Source of the DNA: a virus
Lineage: Duplodnaviria > Caudoviricetes
IMG/VR virus record: IMGVR_UViG_3300004806_000026
Span: 1 to 63,555 of that record
Length of the DNA stretch: 63,555 nt
Reading direction: 5' to 3' (one strand)
In this document: positions 49,687 through 57,722 of the stretch, one piece after another
Numbering within the stretch: position 1 is the first letter of the stretch
Layout: each line of letters opens with the position of its first letter
The notes under the pieces: generated by a model
What the model saw: the letters and a program-made list of their open reading frames with translations, nothing else
What the model was told of the DNA's origin: nothing
The model's database searches: none
Position numbers and translations under genes: made by a program

Positions 49687-51236
49687 TAATAGTACCCCCT
49701 GTTACGCTTAGATTTAAACCATGTGACATCTTCAGGCTCATCGCTGGGGAGTCGAATAAACCCGCCCTGTCTGAACCGGGCTAACGCCATAGATGTGGTA
49801 TCAACCAAGTCATCATGTGACATAAAGGGAAATCCTGCAACTTCTTCAACAACCTCTTCAGCCCAACGTGTTTCAGGAACCCACACGAGTCCTGACTTAA
49901 TAATGTCCGATACCGCATTGAGCCTGACTAACTTGTCTCCGGTCCCACGGTGCGGCGTGAATTCTTGTACTGACATCCCAGTACGTCTTAGTTCTTGATA
50001 GAGCTGCGTTCCGGCGGATTTCTTCTCAACAATAAACGCATCAGGGGTCCATTCCCTGTACTCTTTATATGCTAATTCTTTTAACTCATGGAATTCTATC
50101 CGCTTTTTAATCGCGTTGAGTAAGATAATGTTGTATAAATTTGTTTCCTCGTTCATAAACACACCCCACGTTGTGATGGCTGTGTAGTCTGCACGGTTAT
50201 GAGTTTCTGCTGCAGCGTCAAGGGACATAATAATATATTCACAAGGCGGTGGACGCTCGGGCTTCCATATCTGCCACCACTCCCGCTTGACAACTGCGGC
50301 TTCCTCACCCGTTGGGTTTTGTTGGTACTGGGCGTTCCACTGAAAGAGCGGCATAGACGCTTTGGTCCTATGCAGTGCAGTGAGGTTATAAAACTCAGGC
50401 CAAAGTGCCTTTTCTTCCTTAGACCCCTGGTTTAATATAGCGGGAAACTCAACTACCTCGTATTGATCTGACTCTTCATTTTGAGTCATATCCTTAACTA
50501 CTCTACCCGTCAAATCATCCTGATGCCACCTAGTTTGAATGATAGCCACACAACCGCCAGGCATAAGACGAGTCCTAGCACCATATGTAAACCACTCATA
50601 GGCTTTTTCAAATACGTCAAAATTCCCATTAATGATGTCTTGCTCATTATGAGGATCATCCACAAGAAGTAAATCTGCGCCACGACCAGCCAAAGCAGAG
50701 CCAACACCGCAAGCGTAATACTCCCCACCCACATTTGTATTCCATCTACCGGCACTTTTATTGTCAGGCGCGAGGGAGACCGTTGGAAAAATTGTTTTAT
50801 AGTCTGGGTTATCAATTAAATTCCTCACTTTTCTACCAAAATCGACCGCTAAATCGGTCGTATGTGACACCATTAGCACCTTTTTGTCCGGGTTTCTACC
50901 CAAAAACCATGCTGGAAAATAGATAGAAACAAGCTGACTTTTACCGTGTCTAGGCGGAATATTGACGCAAATACGGTCTTTTTTACCCGTTGCAATCGCC
51001 ATTAAGTGGTCTGCAAGTATGCGGTGGTGCTTACCAACCTTGTAATCTGGCTGCATTTTCTTGCAAAACTCGATCAAATCATCGTAACAAGCCTTAGATT
51101 CACGTCGTTTTGTGATCTCATTGATGATTTCTTCGGCTTCAGCCTGCTCTTCTGGGGTAAATTGGTCTAAATTATCCAGTAAAAACTGTAATTCTTGGTC
51201 GTCTAACTGATCAAAAACGTTAATCTGTGCTTGCAT
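49686..51236 (-). CDS. terL: terminase large subunit
   Basis: PPRHGKS Walker A, LLVDDP Walker B, QTRWH, SLDAA, IVEKKSAG, HDDLVD nuclease motifs. Confidence 0.95.
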   Translation of the reverse strand: MQAQINVFDQLDDQELQFLLDNLDQFTPEEQAEAEEIINEITKRRESKACYDDLIEFCKKMQPDYKVGKHHRILADHLMAIATGKKDRICVNIPPRHGKSQLVSIYFPAWFLGRNPDKKVLMVSHTTDLAVDFGRKVRNLIDNPDYKTIFPTVSLAPDNKSAGRWNTNVGGEYYACGVGSALAGRGADLLLVDDPHNEQDIINGNFDVFEKAYEWFTYGARTRLMPGGCVAIIQTRWHQDDLTGRVVKDMTQNEESDQYEVVEFPAILNQGSKEEKALWPEFYNLTALHRTKASMPLFQWNAQYQQNPTGEEAAVVKREWWQIWKPERPPPCEYIIMSLDAAAETHNRADYTAITTWGVFMNEETNLYNIILLNAIKKRIEFHELKELAYKEYREWTPDAFIVEKKSAGTQLYQELRRTGMSVQEFTPHRGTGDKLVRLNAVSDIIKSGLVWVPETRWAEEVVEEVAGFPFMSHDDLVDTTSMALARFRQGGFIRLPSDEPEDVTWFKSKRNRGYY

Positions 51237-51801
51237 CAGTCGTTTCCTGGGGCAAACCTAGCTCTTTATCAAGATCTATTGTCGTAATTTCTTGTGGTAT
51301 ACGCAGTCTATTGATCTTTTCTTTAAGTGATATCACTAATTCTTCTGTAGACCTATGATTTATAGTGATTTCTGTCCTATCTGTGAACAGTCCAACGTCT
51401 GAGATCTTACCAAGCAGTTCAAGCGCTCGAATCCGCACGCGGGGATCTGGGTTTTCTGTCTCAAGAATTAGTTTATTAGTTACAACCTGGCGAATCTGAG
51501 CTGCGTTATCAACTACTTTAATAGCAAACTCTTTTAATATGCTATCTACTGCGTAATATGTTGCAGGTCTGAGCTTAGATGCTTTGGCATTGGTTAATTT
51601 TTTGTTTGCTGCAACTGGATCTTCTGCCATCGAATACGCAATTGTTTCAGCAACGGCAAGATCATCCTGCGTCGGATCCGTGTCCAAACCAAGATGTTTA
51701 GCTGTCTCACAGGCAGCTTCTGCACGACTAATAAAATCTTCAATATCCAAATCGTCGTTCGGTAATGGGACTCCAACGTCGGGTTCAATATGTATTTGCA
51801 T
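51220..51801 (-). CDS. probable terminase small subunit
   Basis: Directly upstream of and overlapping terL; RIRALELLGKISDVGLF. Confidence 0.7.
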   Translation of the reverse strand: MQIHIEPDVGVPLPNDDLDIEDFISRAEAACETAKHLGLDTDPTQDDLAVAETIAYSMAEDPVAANKKLTNAKASKLRPATYYAVDSILKEFAIKVVDNAAQIRQVVTNKLILETENPDPRVRIRALELLGKISDVGLFTDRTEITINHRSTEELVISLKEKINRLRIPQEITTIDLDKELGLPQETTDASTD

Positions 51802-51819
51802 GTCTAATGTCCAGACAAA

Positions 51820-51904
51820 TTAGGGTGGCTCACATAAAGCAGTGTGTGTTCAACAACTTACAAGGAGACTTTCAGTGCGGCGCTAACCCGCAAAACCACC
51901 CTAA
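51820..51904 (-). ncRNA. candidate three-stem RNA with anti-RBS linker in the late leader
   Basis: 11-bp closing stem UUAGGGUGGUU/AGCCACCCUAA, hairpins GCGG/CCGC and CACA/UGUG, linker UCUCCUUGUAAGUUGUU. Confidence 0.55.
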
Positions 51905-51905
51905 C

Positions 51906-52006
51906 AAGTATGAGGACTGTCTTTGTATCTTTATCCTGTGGCTGGCCTTGTCACAGCCCTTTGGACTCAGGTTAAAGCTGGGCGTCCCCCAACAATCCTC
52001 ATGCTT
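51906..52006 (-). ncRNA. candidate multibranch structured RNA
   Basis: 15-bp closing stem AAGCAUGAGGAUUGU/ACAGUCCUCAUACUU (one mismatch) enclosing three short hairpins. Confidence 0.5.
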
Positions 52007-52019
52007 CTTAGTGATGCTA

Positions 52020-52031
52020 ATTATATATACA
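52020..52031 (-). promoter_or_regulatory. probable late-operon -10 element
   Basis: TGTATATATAAT on -, a few nt upstream of the structured leader; no clear -35. Confidence 0.45.
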
Positions 52032-52302
52032 AAAAAATTTTTTGCTAGGGGGTACTATAAAAGACAAGGGGGGTGTTTCTATAAACATGTTATGACAAGG
52101 TACAGCTAAAAGTACTTAGGCCGGACCGAGTAAATTAAACTCAAAAAAATGAGCGTTGAGGGTGCGGAATAGCAATCCTACGCGGCGTATGTAACTAAAG
52201 CTAAAAAAGGGGTGTGTGGGGTGCTCGATTCAGTCTAGCTAAAATGTAGGCGATCGACTACATTATTAAAGTTTATTAAATACTATTTAATTTTATTATC
52301 TA

Positions 52303-52331
52303 TTGACAAACTATGACAATCCTAGCACAAT
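52303..52331 (+). promoter_or_regulatory. sigma70 early promoter
   Basis: TTGACA-17 nt-CACAAT with AT-rich upstream tract. Confidence 0.65.
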
Positions 52332-52394
52332 AGAGTCATCGGTTAGGAAATGTAGGGCAAACGATCATTACGCCTAATTGATAAGGAGATTATT

Positions 52395-52946
52395 ATGACA
52401 AACGTAACGACTGTGCTTTCTTCTAGTTCTTCTAAGGCTTTACTTGATGCGCTCAATGCAGATAATACGGCTAAAGCTAAATGGAAAAAAGCGAGTGATG
52501 CCTGTATCGCAGATGGTATTACTAGTGCGATGCTAGATAAGTCTAACAAGGCTTCTAATGTGGAAACAGTAATTGGGCAAGTTGAATCAATTGTTTTACA
52601 GTCATTTACTAAGACTGAAGTAGCTATATTCCAAAAGGATAAAGCTAAATGCTCAGAGGCAGAATTGGTTACTCGTAGATTTGTGCAAACCGAAAAAGCA
52701 TCAAGGTATTCTAAGATTGTCACCCATATTAAAAAGATGGAAGACAGCGAACTACTTGATGATAAGACCAAAGGCGCACAAACACCAAAAACAGGTAAGA
52801 AACCAAAGGAGGCAAAGGCTCAAGTCGCATGGTATCTTGACCATGCAATAAGAACCTTACAGGCGATGACTAACCCTGAAATTGGCGTGAGTACAGATAT
52901 TAAGACATTGCAAGTAATTGAGGCAAAGTATAAAACTACTGTGTAA
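52395..52946 (+). CDS. first early gene, basic helical protein
   Basis: TAAGGAG RBS, own promoter and terminator. Confidence 0.75.
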   Translation: MTNVTTVLSSSSSKALLDALNADNTAKAKWKKASDACIADGITSAMLDKSNKASNVETVIGQVESIVLQSFTKTEVAIFQKDKAKCSEAELVTRRFVQTEKASRYSKIVTHIKKMEDSELLDDKTKGAQTPKTGKKPKEAKAQVAWYLDHAIRTLQAMTNPEIGVSTDIKTLQVIEAKYKTTV

Positions 52947-52958
52947 TTAGCAACCCCG

Positions 52959-52989
52959 AACCCTAGGATTAAACCCTAGGGTTTTTTTT
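52959..52989 (+). terminator. intrinsic terminator (copy 1)
   Basis: AACCCTAGG-ATTAAAC-CCTAGGGTT with T8 tail. Confidence 0.85.
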
Positions 52990-53010
52990 CGTCTTGATTA
53001 TTTATTATTT

Positions 53011-53042
53011 AAACCCTGGGGCTTTGCCCTGGGGTTTTTTTT
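53011..53042 (+). terminator. intrinsic terminator (copy 2)
   Basis: AAACCCTGGGGC-TTT-GCCCTGGGGTT with T8 tail; same TTCGTCTT..TTATTTATTAT tail as copy 1. Confidence 0.8.
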
Positions 53043-53059
53043 CGTCTTAATTATTTATT

Positions 53060-53226
53060 ATGTAGTCGTTAGACTACATTGATACCAGTGTTTGTCGTTA
53101 GCGTAGAGCACAGGGTTAGGGTTTCGCAGTCGGCTCGGCTTAGTTATCAGCAACATATTACCGAACAATGTAGGCGATCGACTACAAATTGATACCAGTG
53201 TTTTTCGTTAGCGTGGAGCACAGGGT
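53060..53226. repeat. about 58-bp direct repeat pair, each copy starting with the palindrome
   Basis: 53060-53116 and 53168-53226 share TTGATACCAGTGTTTKTCGTTAGCGTRGAGCACAGGGT. Confidence 0.85.
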
Positions 53227-53352
53227 CGATTTGTTCTACCGAACAATATTAGGGTTAACGAGTATATTGTTCGTTTTCAATTTGTTCCGACACTTTAGTA
53301 TTACATTGTTCGGTTTCAATTTGTTCGGTTTTGATCTGTATTGTTCGGGCAT

Positions 53353-53575
53353 ATTGTTCGGTCGTAAGTCATTGATTTTAAAGGAATGTTCGATTTGTTC
53401 GTATTGTTCTTGCGTTTTGACACACCATGTCTATAAATTTCTGAAACCAGTTTTGGCAGAGCCTAAACGCAGATTACATTCTTTTTCGTTTTTAAAACCC
53501 ATATACTTTTTTTTAAAGAACAAATCGAACAATACGAACATATTCGCAAAATCAACAACTTACGAAAAGAACAAT
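53353..53575. repeat. about 58-bp imperfect inverted repeat with TTGTTC iterons and IHF-consensus sites
   Basis: Arms 53353-53410 and 53517-53575; WATCAANNNNTTR at 53365-53377 (-) and 53550-53562 (+). Confidence 0.8.
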
Positions 53576-53665
53576 ACCCCCCTAAAAACGAACAATAGAA
53601 CAATATACTATTTAATAATATAACTTAGTACAAATTAGAACTTACCACAAAACATCACTATTTAC

Positions 53666-53694
53666 TTGACTTTGATACTTGATTATGTTATAAT
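53666..53694 (+). promoter_or_regulatory. strong sigma70 early promoter
   Basis: TTGACT-17 nt-TATAAT with TGn extension. Confidence 0.85.
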
Positions 53695-53795
53695 ATGTAT
53701 TGTAGGTGGGAATTGTTTAGAACATATTGTTCTACCCCCTGCAGGATGTAGTCGGTCGACTACATTGTGATAAACAACTTAACAGGAGAATCGTT

Positions 53796-53936
53796 ATGAC
53801 AGAAGGTGAATACTTAGAAGCACTGCGTTTACTGCAATTGTCCGAGCTTTGGCTCAAGCAAGGTTACACAGGCGATGCACACAATGCGCTCATCACAATC
53901 ATGCAACTACTTAACGTGGAGACTATCAATGGGTAA
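53796..53936 (+). CDS. small early protein
   Basis: AACAGGAGA RBS, MTEGEYLEALR. Confidence 0.65.
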   Translation: MTEGEYLEALRLLQLSELWLKQGYTGDAHNALITIMQLLNVETING

Positions 53937-54144
53937 GACATACAAACATCTTTGCACAACTTGCGGTGATGACGTAGCACACAAGCGGTGGGACGCAGGG
54001 TATCACTTATGCTTACTGTGTGGTGAGTACCAAGCCAAGCAACGCAAGTTCACAGTCGTGCCTATGCACAAGTCCAACTACATAGCGTGTTTCAATCGTG
54101 AAGATCTTATAGGGATAAACACTAAAGGAGGGTTAGTCAAATGA
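53929..54144 (+). CDS. C4 zinc-finger protein (DksA/TraR-like finger)
   Basis: CTTCGDDVAHKRWDAGYHLCLLC; GGAG RBS. Confidence 0.65.
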   Translation: MGKTYKHLCTTCGDDVAHKRWDAGYHLCLLCGEYQAKQRKFTVVPMHKSNYIACFNREDLIGINTKGGLVK

Positions 54145-54314
54145 TAAATAGACTAGACGATGACAATTCGTTAGAGGTATTGCAGTCGATTGCGGATAAG
54201 CACGACTTACTGCTATCAGACAACCTGATCGACTTCGCAAGTGAAGTGTGGCGTTACGCATACATCATGGGTATGCGAGATGAGAGCATGGCTAACCAAG
54301 GAGAAACCAAATGA
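54141..54314 (+). CDS. small early protein (57 aa), absent from ORF track
   Basis: Translated by hand MINRLDDDNSLEVL...; AAGGAGG RBS; ATGA overlaps at both ends. Confidence 0.65.
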   Translation: MINRLDDDNSLEVLQSIADKHDLLLSDNLIDFASEVWRYAYIMGMRDESMANQGETK

Positions 54315-54544
54315 AGCAAGACGTAGACAACAAAACAATAGATATGTGGGGCGAGGAATGTAGTCGACCGACTACAAAGAAAAACACTTACACATTCCAT
54401 GCCGAGTTCAAAGACAAACAACGTATTGAATTTAAACGGCTGACATACACACAAGCTAGAACACTAAACGAATTATTCGATGCCAAGTTCGACATGGCGG
54501 GACAGATGCAGTTATCAACTTATGGGTGGAAACTAAATGACTAA
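54311..54544 (+). CDS. small early protein
   Basis: AAGGAG RBS; ORF track. Confidence 0.65.
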   Translation: MKQDVDNKTIDMWGEECSRPTTKKNTYTFHAEFKDKQRIEFKRLTYTQARTLNELFDAKFDMAGQMQLSTYGWKLND

Positions 54545-54650
54545 CCAACAACTTAAAGATAAAGTAGTACACGCCGTTGTGAATGTGGTTCTTACCATAG
54601 TGTCGTGGGGTTTTATATTCTATATATTATTGGAGGCGATATGCAAATAG
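54537..54650 (+). CDS. small membrane peptide (37 aa)
   Basis: Translated by hand MTNQQLKDKVVHAVVNVVLTIVSWGFIFYILLEAICK. Confidence 0.5.
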   Translation: MTNQQLKDKVVHAVVNVVLTIVSWGFIFYILLEAICK

Positions 54651-54829
54651 ATATTAGTTTGAGTGAGTTGTTCTTGTGGGTGTGGTGCGTAGTAGCCACA
54701 GTCCTTGCGGTTTATTACCGATACCATGCACACATTAGACACCTAATGATCTTACACATACTACACAATGACGAGGCTCGAAACCAAATGGTCGATGCAA
54801 TTAAGAAACTACAGGAGGATTTCAAATGA
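54641..54829 (+). CDS. small membrane protein
   Basis: GGAGG RBS; one TM. Confidence 0.6.
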   Translation: MQIDISLSELFLWVWCVVATVLAVYYRYHAHIRHLMILHILHNDEARNQMVDAIKKLQEDFK

Positions 54830-54984
54830 CTAGCTTAACAGGACAAATCATACGTTACCAAAAAAGACGTTACTGTGTGATGTATTGGACAGACACAGAA
54901 GTACATCTTCAATCCATGGACGAGGATCGTCTATTCCTGACAATGCCGAGAACAAAGTTCGGAGGACTTGCCGATGGAGACTGA
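54826..54984 (+). CDS. small early protein (52 aa)
   Basis: Translated by hand MTSLTGQIIRYQKRRYCVMYW...; AGGAGG RBS. Confidence 0.6.
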   Translation: MTSLTGQIIRYQKRRYCVMYWTDTEVHLQSMDEDRLFLTMPRTKFGGLADGD

Positions 54985-55495
54985 CGACAAAAACTGGCAT
55001 CAAATTGGCGAGGAGTACACGAAGGCATTAGCCGAGAGTATGAGACAAACAGTAAACATTTTAGGAGGACAAATCATGGGATATAGATCAGACGTAGCGT
55101 ATTCGATTCACTTCAAGACAAAGGACATACTCAATCAGTTCATTGCACTTGTCATGGTCAAGGGTGGTAACGAGGTCGAAGCACTTAAAGAGTGTGGGAT
55201 CGAGTGCAACGAGACAGATGGAGAGTTCAATGTTAACTTCACATGGGATGATGTTAAGTGGTATGAGTCTTACCCCGAGGTGCAAGCGCACACATGGCTC
55301 ATGGAGTTTGCCGTTGAGAGATTCCCCGAGGACTGTGGGTACGAGTATGTGCGGATAGGCGAGGAGTCTAACGACATAGAGGAACAACAAGGTGGTGCGA
55401 TGGATGCGTTTAACTATGGCATCCATATAAAAAGATCGTTTGATATTGATTTTAGCGATGATCCAATCGGGGATGATTTAGCTATCATACCTTAA
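54974..55495 (+). CDS. acidic early protein; strong internal start at 55076
   Basis: MGYRSDVAY...VKWY..Y...YVRIGEE; AGGAGG at 55063. Confidence 0.7.
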   Translation: METDDKNWHQIGEEYTKALAESMRQTVNILGGQIMGYRSDVAYSIHFKTKDILNQFIALVMVKGGNEVEALKECGIECNETDGEFNVNFTWDDVKWYESYPEVQAHTWLMEFAVERFPEDCGYEYVRIGEESNDIEEQQGGAMDAFNYGIHIKRSFDIDFSDDPIGDDLAIIP

Positions 55496-55512
55496 CAAAG
55501 TCTATTAAATAC

Positions 55513-55541
55513 TTGACTTATGTATCATCTTGTGTTAGAAT
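55513..55541 (+). promoter_or_regulatory. sigma70 early promoter
   Basis: TTGACT-17 nt-TAGAAT with TGn; shares flanks TACTTGACT and ATATGTATTGT with the 53666 promoter. Confidence 0.8.
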
Positions 55542-55593
55542 ATGTATTGTGAGTTAGTAATTGTGTTAGTTAATTTTTATAAAGGAAAACGAA

Positions 55594-56481
55594 ATGGAAA
55601 CAACAAGTTCAATCTGTAGTCTGCCGACTACATCAGTGCCAAGCATCAGCAGTTCAGCAATGCTTGTGGAGTTAAACATCAGCGTGTGGACAGGTCGCAA
55701 GTTCGACAAGGGTGTATCCAAGGAGATCGACACAGCCAAACAAACTACCACAAGAGCGGGTAACTACTCTAAGAAACTATTCGCAGACGAGCCGAAGTTC
55801 GATGTGATTCAAAAGTTTGCGGGTAACGCTAGGACGTACCACTACCATGCGACCATGCCGTGGTCAGACTCAGGTCTAAGACTCATACCAACATCTTTAT
55901 ATTTTAACTATGTTAAAGAGATGTCAGGCATGGCGAACGAGTTCAACAACTTAGTCGATGACTTCTTAGGTGACTATCATGTGTTAGTTAACCGATCAAG
56001 GCAGAAACTGGGTAACCTATTCAGCGCAGACGACTATCCCGAGGTGGGCGTAGTGCGTGACAAATTCAGATTCAGATTCTGTGAGATTCCATTGCCCGAT
56101 GCAGGGGATTTCAGACTGGACATCAACAACGATGCACAACAAGTTATTAAGGAGAGATACGAGGAACACTACAAGAAGTGTTTAGAACAAGCGATGCGTG
56201 AACCATGGGAACGTATGCACGATGCGCTTAAGAACATGAGCACCAAGTTAGCAGGGAATGACAAGCAGATATTCCGTAATACATTGGTGACTAATGTAGT
56301 GGAGATGTGCGATCTACTGGACAAGTTCAACATCACGAACGACCCTGAGATGCGCCGAGCCAAGCAAAAAATTGAAGATGCAATGCTAGGAGTAACGCCC
56401 GATGCACTAAGAGAAGATGACGATCTACGTCACGATGTGAAGGGTAAGGTCGATGCCTTACTCAACGAGTTCAATTGGTAA
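55594..56481 (+). CDS. helical protein associated with the AAA/VWA pair (DUF3150-like)
   Basis: MLVELNISVWTGRKFD, MPWSDSGLRLIP, FSADDYP; synteny. Confidence 0.6.
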   Translation: METTSSICSLPTTSVPSISSSAMLVELNISVWTGRKFDKGVSKEIDTAKQTTTRAGNYSKKLFADEPKFDVIQKFAGNARTYHYHATMPWSDSGLRLIPTSLYFNYVKEMSGMANEFNNLVDDFLGDYHVLVNRSRQKLGNLFSADDYPEVGVVRDKFRFRFCEIPLPDAGDFRLDINNDAQQVIKERYEEHYKKCLEQAMREPWERMHDALKNMSTKLAGNDKQIFRNTLVTNVVEMCDLLDKFNITNDPEMRRAKQKIEDAMLGVTPDALREDDDLRHDVKGKVDALLNEFNW

Positions 56482-56537
56482 TCCGTAGTCGACCGACTAC
56501 ATCTTAATTTATTTTTTAATCAACAGGAGAAAATCAA

Positions 56538-57662
56538 ATGGCTAAAGCTATTCAAACCGCAGAGCGTTTATTTGCACAAACAATTCCCGAGGTTGTCGAT
56601 TCAATATCAGCAACAGGACATCTACTAACCACATTGGTGGTAGGTCACATGGGTACAGGTAAATCATCAATCCTTAAGATGTTGGCTGAGAGATTACCTA
56701 ACCACATCCCGTGTTACTTCGACTGTACAACTAAAGACCTTGGTGACTTGATGATGCCTAAGATACTGGACATGGGTGACGATGCACAGTATGTACGATT
56801 CGTACCTAACGAGGAGATGGGTATACACCATGACAAACCAATCATCTTAATGATTGACGAGTTCGGCAAAGCCAATCCAAGTGTTAAGAACGGCATGATG
56901 CGTATGATGTTAGAACGTACCATGGGTACAAAGAAGTTACACAAAGATTCAATCATCTTTGCAACGACTAACTTAGGCGCAGAGGGCGTGGGTGATTTGC
57001 TTATGCCACACCACAGGAATCGTATCACTACGATACGTCTTAAGAAACCAACGGCAACTGAGTGGATCGACAACTTTGCAATCAATGCAGGAATACATCC
57101 GTCTCTTATTCTGTGGGTCAAGGAACACGGCGAACAACTATTCCAATCATTCGAGGACGTAGACAATCCCGAGGACGAGACAGGTGGCAACCCATACATC
57201 TATCATCCCAAGGCGCAACGCCCCGCATTTGTTACTCCAAGATCATTGGAACTGGCATCTCATTGGTTGTGGGCTAAAGATCGTATCAGCGAGAATTCTC
57301 TCAAGTCTAATCTCATTGGTACTATCGGTGATCGTGGTGGTATGGACTTAGGCGCATACATTCGTTTAGTAGATGATCTACCAAAACAAGAGGAGATCAA
57401 GCAAGACCCCAAGAACGCAAAGATACCGCAATCAGCATCAGCAACTTGTATGGTTGTGTATCGTGCACTTGCAACAATGGATAGATCATGGGTTGATGCG
57501 TGGTTGGAATATCTACCAAGGCTCGACAAAGCGGCGCAAGGTTTGTTTGCAATGCAGGTTCGTAATCCTAACTATAAGAAACAATCAGTAATAATGACAA
57601 ACGCCAAGTTTACCAAGTGGGCTATGGATAACAACTATATGTTTACTGCGGACAAAGCGTAA
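56538..57662 (+). CDS. MoxR-like AAA+ ATPase
   Basis: GHMGTGKS Walker A, LMIDE Walker B, ATTN, TPRS. Confidence 0.88.
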   Translation: MAKAIQTAERLFAQTIPEVVDSISATGHLLTTLVVGHMGTGKSSILKMLAERLPNHIPCYFDCTTKDLGDLMMPKILDMGDDAQYVRFVPNEEMGIHHDKPIILMIDEFGKANPSVKNGMMRMMLERTMGTKKLHKDSIIFATTNLGAEGVGDLLMPHHRNRITTIRLKKPTATEWIDNFAINAGIHPSLILWVKEHGEQLFQSFEDVDNPEDETGGNPYIYHPKAQRPAFVTPRSLELASHWLWAKDRISENSLKSNLIGTIGDRGGMDLGAYIRLVDDLPKQEEIKQDPKNAKIPQSASATCMVVYRALATMDRSWVDAWLEYLPRLDKAAQGLFAMQVRNPNYKKQSVIMTNAKFTKWAMDNNYMFTADKA

Positions 57663-57722
57663 CAACAACGAGGCGGATGTAGTCGGTCGACTACATCCAA
57701 ACAATTTAACAGGAGAAATAAT

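Noticed and set aside
11305-50926. Numerous short + strand ORFs in the late region (and - strand ORFs in the early and replication regions)
   Set aside because: They are shadow ORFs opposite long genes, without RBS or motifs.
51820-52006. tRNA genes
   Set aside because: The folds are cloverleaf-like but lack a GTTCRA T-loop, a canonical anticodon arm and a 7-bp acceptor with CCA.
51765-52109. 114-aa + strand ORF
   Set aside because: Antisense to the late leader, no RBS, no recognisable motif; better explained by structured RNA.
53189-53623. 144-aa ORF in the track
   Set aside because: Low-complexity translation of the TTGTTC/GAACAA repeats, TTG start without RBS, located after double terminators.
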